Positions 7,907-19,084 of a stretch of DNA of 64,000 nucleotides are shown here, piece after piece. The stretch spans positions 3,286-67,285 of the forward strand of contig JAGVLN010000013.1 in NCBI GenBank assembly GCA_020049805.1, written 5' to 3'. Origin of the DNA: Rickettsiales bacterium (GTDB taxonomy: Bacteria; Pseudomonadota; Alphaproteobacteria; Rickettsiales; JABSSG01). Made by a program: the position numbers and the translations under genes. Position 1 is the stretch's first letter; each line of letters starts with the position of its first letter. The notes under the pieces were generated by a model, which saw nothing but the letters and a program-made list of their open reading frames with translations, had not been told where the DNA came from and ran no database searches.

Positions 7907-9004
7907 ATGATTAATGTAACTAAAATTATAGCTAGTGATATAGAGCTTAATGGGCCAATGCCACTAAAAAAATTTATGGAATTGGCATTAGCTAATAAAA
8001 ATTATGGCTATTATACGAATGTTAAGAATATTGGGAAAAATGGTGACTTTATTACTTCACCGGAAATTAGCCAATTATTCGGTGAAATTTTAGCAATTTG
8101 GTGTGTTAATTTATGGCAAATACTTGGCTCACCTAAAGACATAATGATTGTTGAGTTAGGGCCTGGTAATGGTACTTTAGCTTGTGATATTATCCGAGCT
8201 ACTAAAAATATTCCTGGATTCCATCAAGCAATTTCATTATATTTTATCGAACTAGGAAATGACCTAAGAAACAAGCAAAAATCAGCTCTTGATGAAATTA
8301 CTCATATCCAAAAACACTGGCATGAGAATGTTAGCGAACTACCTAAAAAACCAGCAATCTTTATTGCCAATGAGTTTTTTGATGCCTTGCCCATAACTCA
8401 ATATATCAAGCGAAAAAATCAGTGGTATAGCATTGGCGTGGACATTGAGTTTAAAAGCAAGGAATTATGCTTTACCGAAATACCTGTAGATGAAAAAACC
8501 CAGCATATTCTATCTCAAGAGTACTCACATGTTCCTCAGGATGGCATAATTGAAATTGGTGAAGATGGTGAACAAATAATTAAACAGATTTCTAATCATA
8601 TTATTAAATTTAATGGTGGAGGTTTGTTTATTGACTACGGTTATAGCGAATCAAAAGATAGATTGTTTATTTCAAGTTTACAGGCTGTAAAAAATCACAA
8701 ATATTGTCCTATTTTAGACAATATAGGTAATGCTGATATTTCTACTCATGTTAATTTTACTGCTTTAAAAAAAGCAGCAGAACTACATGGCACAACAGTT
8801 CACGGCCCAATAACCCAAGCTGAATTTCTACTAAATATGCAAATCACCAACCGCAAGGATAGATTAATAAGAAACGCTACTTCAGAAGAAAAAGAAATGA
8901 TCTTAAGTGGTTATAATCGTTTGATTAATTCAAAGCAAATGGGATCATTATTTAAAGCTATAGCCTTAACTAAGCCTGAAATTAATCAATTTATAGGGTT
9001 TTAA
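7907..9004 (+). CDS. Class I SAM-dependent methyltransferase, NDUFAF7/MidA (DUF185) family
   Basis: FITSPEISQLFGEILAIW, VELGPGNGTL and ANEFFDALP are characteristic of the MidA/NDUFAF7 family. Confidence 0.8.
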   Translation: MINVTKIIASDIELNGPMPLKKFMELALANKNYGYYTNVKNIGKNGDFITSPEISQLFGEILAIWCVNLWQILGSPKDIMIVELGPGNGTLACDIIRATKNIPGFHQAISLYFIELGNDLRNKQKSALDEITHIQKHWHENVSELPKKPAIFIANEFFDALPITQYIKRKNQWYSIGVDIEFKSKELCFTEIPVDEKTQHILSQEYSHVPQDGIIEIGEDGEQIIKQISNHIIKFNGGGLFIDYGYSESKDRLFISSLQAVKNHKYCPILDNIGNADISTHVNFTALKKAAELHGTTVHGPITQAEFLLNMQITNRKDRLIRNATSEEKEMILSGYNRLINSKQMGSLFKAIALTKPEINQFIGF

Positions 9005-9118
9005 ATAAATTATTTTGTCTTTAATATAAACCTTTTCCTTACCATCAATTTAAACCTTAAACTTGACAGTACGCCAAATAAATGTTTTATTTTTGGGAAA
9101 TAATTCTAAGATTATATA

Positions 9119-10126
9119 ATGACCTATACAACAGATATTGCGATTATCGGGGCCGGTCCAGTAGGCTTATTTGCTATTTTCGAAGCAGGTATGTTGAAGA
9201 TGAGATGTCATGTGATTGATGCTCTAGATTTTATTGGAGGACAATGTTCAGCTTTATATCCAGAAAAACCAATTTATGATATTCCTGCTCACCCTACTAT
9301 CAGTGGTGCTCAATTAATTGAAAATCTCGAAGAACAAGCAAAACCCTTTAAACCAGTTTACCATCTTGGTCAACAAGTTGTAAAACTTGATAAAAATCCA
9401 GATGGATCTTTCACGATTACTACTTCAAAAAACACTGTAATTTCGGCTAAAGTTGTATTAATTGCCGCAGGTAGTGGCGCATTCGGTCCAAATAGGCCTC
9501 CAATTTTAAATATTGAGGAATTCGAAAATAAATCAGTCTTTTATATGGTCAATAAAAGTGAAAATTTCCGTGACAAAAGAATCGTTATTGCTGGCGGAGG
9601 TGATTCTGCAGTAGATTGGGCAATAATTTTAGCCCAAATTGCTAAATCAGTAACGGTTATCCATAGACGCGATAAATTTAGATGTGCCCCTGAAAGCAGT
9701 GATAAGTTACATTCTTTGGCTAAAGAAGGAAAAATTGATATTTTAGTACCATATCAATTATCTGCTATTCAAGGCTCAAATGGGATAATTGATCATATTA
9801 CTATATCTTCCTTAGAAGGTGGGGAAAAAATAATTGCAGCTGATATTTTAATACCATTTTTTGGCTTAGCTATGGAATTAGGCCCAATAGCAAATTGGGG
9901 ACTTAACCTCTCGAAAAGACACATCGAAGTAAATCCTATAACTTTTGAAACTAATATCCCGGGTATCTTCGCAATTGGTGATATTGTTAATTATCCTGGA
10001 AAATTAAAACTTATACTTAATGGTTTTGCTGAAGCTGCAATGGCTACACATGCCATGTATCCTATTATCCATCCGAATCAAGCTTTGCATTTTGAATATT
10101 CTACTACTAAAGGTGTCAGCTCCTAA
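9119..10126 (+). CDS. Ferredoxin--NADP(+) reductase, thioredoxin-reductase-like type
   Basis: IIGAGPVGLFA (FAD GxGxxG), GGQCSALYPEKPIYDIP, GGGDSAVDWA (NADPH site) and C-terminal FEYSTT. Confidence 0.85.
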   Translation: MTYTTDIAIIGAGPVGLFAIFEAGMLKMRCHVIDALDFIGGQCSALYPEKPIYDIPAHPTISGAQLIENLEEQAKPFKPVYHLGQQVVKLDKNPDGSFTITTSKNTVISAKVVLIAAGSGAFGPNRPPILNIEEFENKSVFYMVNKSENFRDKRIVIAGGGDSAVDWAIILAQIAKSVTVIHRRDKFRCAPESSDKLHSLAKEGKIDILVPYQLSAIQGSNGIIDHITISSLEGGEKIIAADILIPFFGLAMELGPIANWGLNLSKRHIEVNPITFETNIPGIFAIGDIVNYPGKLKLILNGFAEAAMATHAMYPIIHPNQALHFEYSTTKGVSS

Positions 10127-11049
10127 TGACTACAAATCAAAAAATTATTGATGGCAAAAGAATTGCCCTATCTATTAGAGAAGAAGTTTTACTTCAAACC
10201 AAAGAACTGAATTCTTTTGGTATCTCACCTGGCCTTGCAGTAATTCAAGTAGGAGATAATCCGAGCAGCACTATTTATATCGCTAATAAAATAAAGGCAG
10301 CTCAAGCAGCAAATATCGAATCATTTGTATTTAAATTAGATGAATCTACTACTACTAAACAATTAAAAGTAAAAATTGAACATCTAAATAATCGCCCTAA
10401 AATAAATGGTATATTAGTACAATTACCTTTACCGCCGCATATCGATACTAATGAAATCATTAATTCTATTTCTCCAGTTAAAGATGTGGATGGCTTAACT
10501 ATCGAAAATGTTGGAAAACTTGTAACCAACCAGCCAGGCTTAGTTCCATGTACACCTCAAGGATGTCTAATTTTAATTAAATCTATAGAACCTGTAATAA
10601 AAGGATTAAATGCAGTAGTAATTGGTAGATCTAATATAGTCGGTAGACCAATGTCCAATGTATTAATAAATGAAGATTGCACTGTTACGGTTGTTCACTC
10701 TCAAACCCAACATATAGAAACAATCTGTAAACAGGCTGATATCTTAGTAGTAGCAGCCGGCAAACCAAATTTAGTAAACGAAAATTGGGTTAAAGATGGT
10801 GCAATAATTATTGATGTTGGAATTAATAAAACACTTTCACCATCTGGTACTACCAAATTAATCGGAGACGTAAATTTTGATTCTGTATTAAACAAAGTAC
10901 GAGCTATTACTCCTGTTCCAGGAGGAGTCGGTCCTATGACTATCGCCTGCCTTTTAAAAAACACAATTAAAGCCAGTTTAATTCAACATAATATGGTAAT
11001 TAATGATTCAAGCAAAATTACTAAAAAGGATAAATTTAAGAATTTGTAA
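10126..11049 (+). CDS. folD: Bifunctional methylenetetrahydrofolate dehydrogenase/cyclohydrolase
   Basis: LAVIQVGDNPSSTIY, GILVQLPLP, VVIGRSNIVGRPM and PVPGGVGPMT. ATGA-type junction with the preceding gene. Confidence 0.92.
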   Translation: MTTNQKIIDGKRIALSIREEVLLQTKELNSFGISPGLAVIQVGDNPSSTIYIANKIKAAQAANIESFVFKLDESTTTKQLKVKIEHLNNRPKINGILVQLPLPPHIDTNEIINSISPVKDVDGLTIENVGKLVTNQPGLVPCTPQGCLILIKSIEPVIKGLNAVVIGRSNIVGRPMSNVLINEDCTVTVVHSQTQHIETICKQADILVVAAGKPNLVNENWVKDGAIIIDVGINKTLSPSGTTKLIGDVNFDSVLNKVRAITPVPGGVGPMTIACLLKNTIKASLIQHNMVINDSSKITKKDKFKNL

Positions 11050-11077
11050 TTGATTAATTCCTATTATATATTATAAT
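11050..11077 (+). promoter_or_regulatory. Candidate sigma70-type promoter for rpoZ-spoT-acpS
   Basis: TTGATT (11050-11055), 16-nt spacer, TATAAT (11072-11077). AGGAAA RBS before the ATG at 11120. Confidence 0.35.
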
Positions 11078-11119
11078 ATCCATAATCTTAAGCTCAATTA
11101 TTTAATATATAGGAAATTT

Positions 11120-11497
11120 ATGGCTCGTATTACTGCCGAAGACTGTAGAGAAGTTATTAATAATCGTTTCGAATTAGTATTATTAGCAAGCCACCGTGCA
11201 AAGGAACTATCTAAAGGTGCACACGCTACTGTTGAAAAAGACAATGATAAAAATGCAGTTATTGCTTTAAGAGAAATTGCGGCTAAAACTGTCGATATCG
11301 AATTAATACGAAACTTATCCATAAAAAATTTACAAAAACATTCTAACCCTGATATTCTTGAAGACAAAGCTGATGCTCCTTCTGAAGAAGCAGAAATGTT
11401 TGAGCAAACTACTCCGATTTCATTAGATAATGAAGCAGTAAGCGTCGATAATTATATATTTGATGATGAAGAAATAGACCTTGAAGATGATAAATAA
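11120..11497 (+). CDS. rpoZ: DNA-directed RNA polymerase subunit omega
   Basis: MARITAEDC...[16 protein letters not shown] is the canonical omega N-terminus. Acidic C-terminal tail. Confidence 0.92.
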   Translation: MARITAEDCREVINNRFELVLLASHRAKELSKGAHATVEKDNDKNAVIALREIAAKTVDIELIRNLSIKNLQKHSNPDILEDKADAPSEEAEMFEQTTPISLDNEAVSVDNYIFDDEEIDLEDDK

Positions 11498-11529
11498 ATA
11501 ATTTGTATTATCCATGTATTTGTTAAATT

Positions 11530-13683
11530 ATGGTTATTAATTGTGATGAACTAATCACTAAAGTCCAGTCTTACGATACTTCTCCTTCTGCTTCCTTATT
11601 AGAAAAAGCCTGTAAATTTTCAATTGAAGCTCATAAAAACCAAAAACGCGAATCAGGTGAACCGTATTTCTATCACCCTTTAGAAGTAGCTAATATACTT
11701 GCAGACATGAAACTTGATAGCGCTACTATCATTACAGCGTTATTGCACGATACTGTAGAAGATACAGATGTTACACTAGAGCAGCTAAAAAAAGAATTTA
11801 CTCCAGAGATTGCCACCCTTGTTGATGGCGTAACAAAATTACGTAAAATAGAATACCAACCCGAAAATCGAGCTCAGGCAGAAAATTTTAGAAAATTATT
11901 AGTAGCAGTATCTCATGATATTAGGGTGTTATTAGTTAAGTTAGTAGATCGCCTGCATAATATGCGCACCTTAAAATATGTAATTAGTAAGGAAAAAAGG
12001 CAAAAAAAAGCTTTAGAAACTGTTGAAATTTACGCTCCCCTTGCAGAACGTATTGGTATGCAGAATTTAAAGAATGAATTACAAGATATTGCTTTCACAG
12101 AACTACATCCGGATATCAAAACCTCTATTACAAATCGCTTAGATTTACTTAGAAGTGAAGGAATATTATTAGTGAATGATATTGCAACCACACTATCCAA
12201 ACTAATGAATGATAACGAAATTAAAGCCACACTCCTAGGGCGTGAGAAAACCCCCTACTCCATTTGGCAAAAAATGAAAAGAAAAAATATTAGCTTTGAA
12301 CAGTTATCAGACATAATGGCTTTTAGGATTATTGTTAATAATGTGGAAGATTGTTACCGCGCTCTTGGAATAATTCACTTAAATTATCATGTTGTACCAG
12401 AATCCTTTCATGACTTTATTAGCACGCCAAAAAAAAATGGTTATCAATCTATTCACACAGTAGTAATCGGACCGAAAGATCAAAGAATAGAAATTCAGAT
12501 TAGAACAGAAAAAATGAACCACTTAGCAGAGCTAGGAGTAGCCGCCCATTGGTGCTATAAACAAAATTATGATTTTAGCGACGATCAAAAACAATATAAC
12601 TGGGTAAGAGAGTTGTTATCTATTCTAGAATCAACATATGATTTTAATGAATTTTTAGATAATACTAAATTAGAAATGTATTATGACCAAGTTTTTTGCT
12701 TTACACCTAAAGGTGAAGTAATTGCTTTGCCTAAAAAAGCTACTGCTATAGATTTTGCTTATGCTGTACATTCTGATATTGGTAATTGTTGTGTTGGCAC
12801 TAAAATCAATTGTAGAGTTGCACCCCTCAATACGGAATTACAAAATGGTGATCAGGTAGAGATTATCACTAGCTCAAATCACAAACCATTACCTTCATGG
12901 GAAAATTTTGCCGTAACACCAAAAGCCCTTACAGAAATTAGAAAACATACTCGTTTAGAAAAAAAACGAGAATACATAAATTTAGGAAGAGTAATAGTAG
13001 CTCAAGCTTTTGAAAAAAATAATAAAGAATTCACTGATGAAAATCTTAAGCCAGCTTTAACTACATTTAATAAAAAAAATACGGAAGAATTGTTACATGC
13101 AGTTGGAGATGGAACCATAAGCATAGATGCTATAATGAAGCAACTTTTACCAAGTCATAAAGCATATAGTTTATTAAAAAAGAAATTATCGTTTTTATCA
13201 TTTGGTAGACGCAAATTTAATGAAAGTAAAAATCAAATATCAATCAAAGGATTAATACCTGGAATGGCGGTACATTTTGCAGAATGCTGTCATCCAATAC
13301 CTGGAGATCATATAGTTGGCATTGTACAAACCGGTAAAGGGATTACAGTCCATATTTCAGATTGTGAGTTGCTTCAAAATTTTTCTTCTACTCCAGAAAA
13401 ATGGTTAGACTTATCATGGGATAAAGATAACAGTAAAAAAACTTATGTAGCAACAATCCATGCATTGTTGTTACATCAACCAGGAAGCCTGGCAAGTTTA
13501 ACTAATGAGATTGCCAAATTAGACGCTAATATCAATAATCTCAAAGTGAATAGTAGATCAAGCGATTTTTTTGATATAGCAGTAGATTTGGAAGTAAAAG
13601 GCGTAACCCATTTATCAAATATAATGGCTGCGTTAAGAAGCAAATCTTGTATTCATTCTGTGACTAGATATATAAAAACATAA
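11530..13683 (+). CDS. spoT: Bifunctional (p)ppGpp synthetase/hydrolase (RSH, SpoT/Rel)
   Basis: 717 aa. HD hydrolase motifs (YFYHPLEVA, LLHDTVEDT), synthetase motifs (YQSIHT, EIQIRT, AELGVAAHWCYK), a TGS region and a C-terminal ACT-like domain. Appears full length. Confidence 0.9.
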   Translation: MVINCDELITKVQSYDTSPSASLLEKACKFSIEAHKNQKRESGEPYFYHPLEVANILADMKLDSATIITALLHDTVEDTDVTLEQLKKEFTPEIATLVDGVTKLRKIEYQPENRAQAENFRKLLVAVSHDIRVLLVKLVDRLHNMRTLKYVISKEKRQKKALETVEIYAPLAERIGMQNLKNELQDIAFTELHPDIKTSITNRLDLLRSEGILLVNDIATTLSKLMNDNEIKATLLGREKTPYSIWQKMKRKNISFEQLSDIMAFRIIVNNVEDCYRALGIIHLNYHVVPESFHDFISTPKKNGYQSIHTVVIGPKDQRIEIQIRTEKMNHLAELGVAAHWCYKQNYDFSDDQKQYNWVRELLSILESTYDFNEFLDNTKLEMYYDQVFCFTPKGEVIALPKKATAIDFAYAVHSDIGNCCVGTKINCRVAPLNTELQNGDQVEIITSSNHKPLPSWENFAVTPKALTEIRKHTRLEKKREYINLGRVIVAQAFEKNNKEFTDENLKPALTTFNKKNTEELLHAVGDGTISIDAIMKQLLPSHKAYSLLKKKLSFLSFGRRKFNESKNQISIKGLIPGMAVHFAECCHPIPGDHIVGIVQTGKGITVHISDCELLQNFSSTPEKWLDLSWDKDNSKKTYVATIHALLLHQPGSLASLTNEIAKLDANINNLKVNSRSSDFFDIAVDLEVKGVTHLSNIMAALRSKSCIHSVTRYIKT

Positions 13684-13692
13684 GATAAAAAT

Positions 13693-14088
13693 ATGATCAT
13701 AGGTATTGGCACAGACGTTGTTTATATTCCCAGAATCGAGAAACTTTATAAGAGGTTTGGTAATAAATTATTTACAAAAATCCTTACTAAACAAGAAATT
13801 GAGTTATTAAATTATAAATCATCTAAACAAATCTGTTGTCATATAGCAAAAAGATTTGCTGCAAAAGAAGCATTAGTAAAATCACTTGGCACTGGGTTTA
13901 GTAATAATATTACCTTGACTGATATATCAATTTTAAATGATTCTCTGGGCAAACCTCATTACCTACTCAATCAAAAATTGATTAATTATATATTGTCTAT
14001 TACCGATAATAAAAAATTTGTAACTCATTTAAGTTTAAGTGATGAATATCCTATAGCTGCAGCGTTTGCCATGATAGAAAAATTATAA
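13693..14088 (+). CDS. acpS: Holo-[acyl-carrier-protein] synthase
   Basis: MIIGIGTDVV, AKRFAAKEALVKSLG and SLSDEYPIAAAFAMIE. 131 aa. Confidence 0.9.
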   Translation: MIIGIGTDVVYIPRIEKLYKRFGNKLFTKILTKQEIELLNYKSSKQICCHIAKRFAAKEALVKSLGTGFSNNITLTDISILNDSLGKPHYLLNQKLINYILSITDNKKFVTHLSLSDEYPIAAAFAMIEKL

Positions 14089-14163
14089 AAACCTCTTTAA
14101 GCACTTCATAATTAATTTTTCTCTGCTATTATTACTTCTTAAAGATATAACTAAGGAGAGGAT

Positions 14164-15582
14164 ATGCATATAAACAAATTAATGCTTAATTATGCTGGTA
14201 AGATCCATTTTTCTGGAATAGGCGGAATTGGAATGAGCGGCATAGCAGAGATATTACATAATTTGGGATATGATATTCAAGGCTCAGATTTAGCTGAAAA
14301 TTATGTTATCGACAGGCTTAGAAAATTAGGTATAAAGATTTTTTTACAACAAACTTCAGATAATATTGATCACGCTTCATTAGTTGTAAAATCTACCGCC
14401 ATTAAAGATAATAATCCTGAAATCATTGCTGCAAGGGAAAAGAAAATACCAGTAATTTCAAGATCAGAAATGTTAGCAGAATTAATGCGTTTAAAAGTTA
14501 GTATAGCAATATCTGGATCTCATGGGAAAACCACTACCACCTCATTAACAGCTTGTATGTTTGAAGCAGCAAAAAAGAATCCAACAGTTATTAATGGAGG
14601 TATTATTAATAATCGTGGCACTACTGCGTATTTAGGTAATGATGATTTTTTAATTGCTGAAGCAGATGAATCTGATGCAACTTTTATCAAAATTCCATCT
14701 ACTATTGGAGTCATTACTAATATTGACCCAGAGCATTTAGACTTTTATGAAACATTCGATAACGTAAAAAAAGCTTTTTACACTTTTATCTCAAATCTAC
14801 CTTTTTATGGATTTGGAGTAGTTTGTATTGACCACCCAATTGCAAAAGAAATAGCTAATACAATTATAGAAAGAAAGATTATTACATATGGTATAGAATC
14901 TAAGGACGCCGATATAAGAGCAATTAATATTAGGCAAGAACTTAATGGTTCCATTTTTGATGTGATAATTTCAAATAATGTTAATACTAAAATTAGAGAA
15001 CTAAAAAATATTAAATTACCTACACCTGGCATCCATAATGTGCTTAATGCACTTGCACCCATTGCAATTGCCTTACAACTTGATTTTGCCAAAGAAGATA
15101 TAATTAACGGCTATAATTCTTTCCAAGGAGTTAAAAGGAGATTTACCTTAACAGGAGAATATAATGGTATTAAATTTATTGATGATTACGCTCACCACCC
15201 AGAAGAAATTAAAGTTACATTACAAACCGCACAATCAGTAGCGCAAAAAAATAATGGCAAAGTAATTGCTATCTTTCAACCCCATCGTTACAGCAGGCTA
15301 CAAACTCTATTTAGTGATTTTATACATTGTTTTAAAGAAGCGGACATACTTTATATCGCTGATGTCTATGCCGCCGGAGAAGCGCCAATTGAAAATTTAA
15401 ATAAGGAATTATTGATAAATGCAATTAAGCAAGCTGAAGCTCATCAGAATGCTAACTTACTTATGTCAGTAAACGAACTTCCGGATATTATAAAAAATAA
15501 AGCTAATCCAAATGATATAGTGATATTTTTAGGAGCTGGGAATATTACATATTGGGCTAATGATATTGTTAATAAGTTATGA
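14164..15582 (+). CDS. murC: UDP-N-acetylmuramate--L-alanine ligase
   Basis: [38 protein letters not shown]. Confidence 0.93.
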   Translation: MHINKLMLNYAGKIHFSGIGGIGMSGIAEILHNLGYDIQGSDLAENYVIDRLRKLGIKIFLQQTSDNIDHASLVVKSTAIKDNNPEIIAAREKKIPVISRSEMLAELMRLKVSIAISGSHGKTTTTSLTACMFEAAKKNPTVINGGIINNRGTTAYLGNDDFLIAEADESDATFIKIPSTIGVITNIDPEHLDFYETFDNVKKAFYTFISNLPFYGFGVVCIDHPIAKEIANTIIERKIITYGIESKDADIRAINIRQELNGSIFDVIISNNVNTKIRELKNIKLPTPGIHNVLNALAPIAIALQLDFAKEDIINGYNSFQGVKRRFTLTGEYNGIKFIDDYAHHPEEIKVTLQTAQSVAQKNNGKVIAIFQPHRYSRLQTLFSDFIHCFKEADILYIADVYAAGEAPIENLNKELLINAIKQAEAHQNANLLMSVNELPDIIKNKANPNDIVIFLGAGNITYWANDIVNKL

Positions 15583-15585
15583 AAT

Positions 15586-16488
15586 ATGTCTCTAATAAAT
15601 CATTTACCAAAGGTAGAAGGCACATATAGAGAAAATGTAGAATTAGCTCCTACTACTTGGTTTCAGGTAGGTGGCAAAGCAGACGTATTATATAAACCTG
15701 GTAACACTCAAGATTTAGCCTTTTTTTTAAAGAATACGCCTAAAAATTGTCCTATTACTATACTCGGTGTTGGATCCAATTTAATTATTAGAGATGGAGG
15801 CATAAGAGGAGTAGTAATTAAACTTGGTAGATATTTTAATAATTTAAGTGTGAATAATAATATATTAACTGTAGGTGCATCTACTTTAGACTTTAATGTC
15901 GCTCATTTTTTAGTTGAGCAAGAACTAACTGGCCTAGAGTTTTTAGTTGGAGTGCCTGGTTCAATTGGTGGTGCTATAGCTATGAATGCTGGCGCATACG
16001 GTTCTGAAATTGCAGAACATATCCAAAGCATAGAAGGTGTAAACATTAACACTGGTGAAATTCGACAATTTAATAAAACTGAAATGGGTTTTATTTATCG
16101 TGGTAATAGTTTAAATAACCAATTTATTTTTACCCAAGCTACTTTTTTTTTGAAAAAAGATAATAAAGAAAACATTATTAACCGTATGAATGAAATAGTT
16201 GAATCCAGAAGCACTTCTCAACCAATTAAGGAAAAAACTGGCGGTTCAACTTTCAAGAACCCCCCAGGACACAAAGCTTGGCAATTAATTGATGAAGCTG
16301 GATGTAGAGGTATTAGAGTTGGCGGTGCTCAGGTCTCTGAAAAACACTGTAACTTTTTAATCAATACTGGTAATGCAACTGCCTCAGATATAGAAAATCT
16401 AGGTGAAATAGTTAGAAACAAGGTGTTAAATAAAAGTAAAATTAATTTAGAATGGGAAATAAAAATAATTGGAGAAAAACTAATATGA
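15586..16488 (+). CDS. murB: UDP-N-acetylenolpyruvoylglucosamine reductase
   Basis: FAD-binding N-terminus (TWFQVGGKADVLYKP, LGVGSNLI), GGSTFKNP and QVSEKHCNFLIN. Confidence 0.92.
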   Translation: MSLINHLPKVEGTYRENVELAPTTWFQVGGKADVLYKPGNTQDLAFFLKNTPKNCPITILGVGSNLIIRDGGIRGVVIKLGRYFNNLSVNNNILTVGASTLDFNVAHFLVEQELTGLEFLVGVPGSIGGAIAMNAGAYGSEIAEHIQSIEGVNINTGEIRQFNKTEMGFIYRGNSLNNQFIFTQATFFLKKDNKENIINRMNEIVESRSTSQPIKEKTGGSTFKNPPGHKAWQLIDEAGCRGIRVGGAQVSEKHCNFLINTGNATASDIENLGEIVRNKVLNKSKINLEWEIKIIGEKLI

Positions 16489-17450
16489 GAAAAACTGTTA
16501 TTTATCCTACACAAAGCTCATCAGTAATCAATGATAGGAACAGTATACATGTCGTGTTTTTATATGGTGGAATGTCTTCTGAAAGGGAAGTATCCCTTAT
16601 GTCAGCACCAGCCTTAATTCAAGGTCTTTTAGATTCAGGATACTCGGTAACGCCTGTAGATATGGGTTACGATTTTGCTAATGTAGTTTTACCTCTGCAA
16701 GCTGATATTGTTTATAATGGATTGTACGGCACATATGGTGAAGATGGATGTGTACCAGGTTTATTAGAAATCATGGGTATAAAATACACTCATTCTGGTG
16801 TTTTAGCTTCAGCTGTAGGCTTTAATAAAATTTTTTCTGGTAGATTATTCCAGAACCATGGAATCTTATGTCCTAAAAGAAAAATTATTGAACGCCAGCA
16901 AAATATTAGTGGTGACCCAATGCCAAGGCCTTATGTTATCAAGCCAGTCAGTGAAGGTTCGAGCATAGGTGTTATTATTGTATTTAATGAGGACGAATTT
17001 AATTTCAAAGATTATGATTGGCCTTATGGTGATACTATAATTGTAGAGGAATATATAGGAGGTCAAGAAATATTCGTGGCAGTATTAGGAGATAAGGCAA
17101 TCGGGGCCCTTGAAATAAATATACTTAATCAAAAATTTTGCGATTATGATGCTAAATACAAACCGGATATGGCTAAACATATTATGCCCGCTAACATTCC
17201 AGCAGAAGCTTACCAACGCGTCCTAGATATAGCTCTTAAGGCACATAAATTAATTGGTTGTAAAAGTATTAGCAGAACTGATTTTAAGTATGATAAAGGT
17301 GAGTTTTATCTTTTAGAGATTAACACTCATCCAGGAATAACAGCTTTATCTTCTTATCCGGATATTTGCGCTCATCACGGAATTACTATTTCTCATATTG
17401 TTGATAAATTAGTTCAAGATGCTTTGTATGAACACAACAAAAACTCGTAA
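16485..17450 (+). CDS. ddl: D-alanine--D-alanine ligase
   Basis: GGMSSEREVSLMS plus the ATP-grasp core (YVIKPVSEGSSIGV, LLEINTHPG). The preferred start ATG 16485 overlaps the murB TGA (ATGA) and follows GGAG at 16471. The track ORF starts upstream at 16452. Confidence 0.9.
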   Translation: MRKTVIYPTQSSSVINDRNSIHVVFLYGGMSSEREVSLMSAPALIQGLLDSGYSVTPVDMGYDFANVVLPLQADIVYNGLYGTYGEDGCVPGLLEIMGIKYTHSGVLASAVGFNKIFSGRLFQNHGILCPKRKIIERQQNISGDPMPRPYVIKPVSEGSSIGVIIVFNEDEFNFKDYDWPYGDTIIVEEYIGGQEIFVAVLGDKAIGALEINILNQKFCDYDAKYKPDMAKHIMPANIPAEAYQRVLDIALKAHKLIGCKSISRTDFKYDKGEFYLLEINTHPGITALSSYPDICAHHGITISHIVDKLVQDALYEHNKNS

Positions 17451-18210
17451 TAAACACTATAAAAAAATCAGTATTAAACGCTATATAAGAATAATACTAA
17501 GAAGAGTTTTTCTAGCCTTATTTTTAATATTAGCTCTTATTATTACAACCCTTATTATTTATGATAAAGAGCTAGTAACAAATAAATTTTATTCTTATGT
17601 TAACGTTCTTAGCCAAAAACTTAATCTCTCTCTAAATAAAATTGAAGTTCAAGAATCAATTAAATACTGCACTACTATTAAGCCTTTTCTTTCCCATATA
17701 GAACCTAATACTTCAATATTTTTAGTCTCAATTACAGACATTAAAAATCAACTTGAACAATTAGATTGCATAGATAATCTTACTATTAAAAGGCAATATC
17801 CTGATACTATCAAAATTATCGTTAAAGAAAAACAACCTATAGCTATTTGGCAAAACGAGCAAAAATTCCTTTATATTACTGAAGATGGCAGCACTATGAC
17901 CATCCGCAAAATAGAAGATGTAGATAAATTTATTATCATCACTGGTAAGAATGCTCCTACCAATACACCTGATTTAATAAATTTCTTAGATATTAATGAT
18001 GAGATAAAGAAAAGTATAACTTCAGCTATTTGGGTTGGTGATCGACGTTGGAACATAAAAATTAATGAAGACACAGTTATAATGCTGCCAGAAAACAACC
18101 CAGAAATTGCTTGGAATAAATATGTTCAATTCAGTAATCAGGCAGATTTTAAAGAAAAAAATTATAAACTCATAGATCTTAGAATAGACAATCGTATATA
18201 CGCTAAATAA
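17419..18210 (+). CDS. ftsQ: Cell division protein FtsQ
   Basis: Basic N-terminus, one TM helix (VFLALFLILALIITTLIIY), then a POTRA-like region (ITDIKNQLEQLDCIDNLTIKRQYPDTIKIIVKEKQPIA). The start could also be the ATG at 17428. Confidence 0.8.
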   Translation: MLCMNTTKTRNKHYKKISIKRYIRIILRRVFLALFLILALIITTLIIYDKELVTNKFYSYVNVLSQKLNLSLNKIEVQESIKYCTTIKPFLSHIEPNTSIFLVSITDIKNQLEQLDCIDNLTIKRQYPDTIKIIVKEKQPIAIWQNEQKFLYITEDGSTMTIRKIEDVDKFIIITGKNAPTNTPDLINFLDINDEIKKSITSAIWVGDRRWNIKINEDTVIMLPENNPEIAWNKYVQFSNQADFKEKNYKLIDLRIDNRIYAK

Positions 18211-18219
18211 TTTAGATTT

Positions 18220-19083
18220 CTACATCCATTTGACGGGTTCTAAATTAATAGCTATATCATTTAATAAAATTGGTTTACCGGTTTGGAGAGCTTGCTGATA
18301 ATCTTCTTCTCGTATTAAAGCCTTACCTTTATTATTTAATCCAGAACAGAATATGCCAACTTTACAATTATCTATTGTAATCTCATTACCATATTCAAGA
18401 TTACTTATATCTTCTTTTGCAGAAATTTTATAAATTTTTTTTCTTACTACACCACGATGTTTAGTACGAGCTGTAAGCTCTTGGCCAACGTAACAACCTT
18501 TATCAAAAGAAATAGCATTTAAATTATCTAAACCGAATTCTAAAGGAAAGCTCTTTTCAGATATTAAGTCTATATCAGGCAAAGGTATAGCTAAATTATA
18601 AATTATATCCTTATAATTAGTTGCAGGTATTAGATTATGCTTTTTAATAAATTCATCCATATAATCTTTTTTAACAATAACTCTAAAACCAATAGCAGAA
18701 TATCTTGGATCTAAAAAAATCAACACGTTGTCATCAATAATCTTTTCCGTTAATTCATTACTATAAAGAGTTAAAATTACATATTGATCTCTTACCTGAT
18801 TAATAGAAATGTTTGAACGCAATTTATATAGAGCAAACTTTTTACATATCTCATTATATTTTATACTTGAACAATCAATCAAAATTTCAGAATCATTACG
18901 AGTTAAATAAAAGTCATATAAAAATTTTCCTTGTGGGGTAAGCATTAAGCTATACAAAGCCCTATCTTCTTTAAGTAAATTAACATTATTACTAAGCAAG
19001 CCTTGTAAAAAAGTAAATGCATCTATACCACTAATAGATAAAATTGCTCGATCAGTTATCTGTTCAAAATAGTTCTTAGACAT
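18220..19083 (-). CDS. ygfZ: Folate-binding protein YgfZ (CAF17 family)
   Basis: Family signature KGCYVGQELTARTKHRGVVRKK. GcvT-like N-terminal region. Confidence 0.85.
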   Translation of the reverse strand: MSKNYFEQITDRAILSISGIDAFTFLQGLLSNNVNLLKEDRALYSLMLTPQGKFLYDFYLTRNDSEILIDCSSIKYNEICKKFALYKLRSNISINQVRDQYVILTLYSNELTEKIIDDNVLIFLDPRYSAIGFRVIVKKDYMDEFIKKHNLIPATNYKDIIYNLAIPLPDIDLISEKSFPLEFGLDNLNAISFDKGCYVGQELTARTKHRGVVRKKIYKISAKEDISNLEYGNEITIDNCKVGIFCSGLNNKGKALIREEDYQQALQTGKPILLNDIAINLEPVKWM

Positions 19084-19084
19084 T

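Noticed and set aside
16452-16484. Upstream extension of ddl overlapping murB.
   Set aside because: The ATG at 16485 forms an ATGA overlap with the murB stop and is preceded by GGAG. The extra 11 residues are not Ddl-like.
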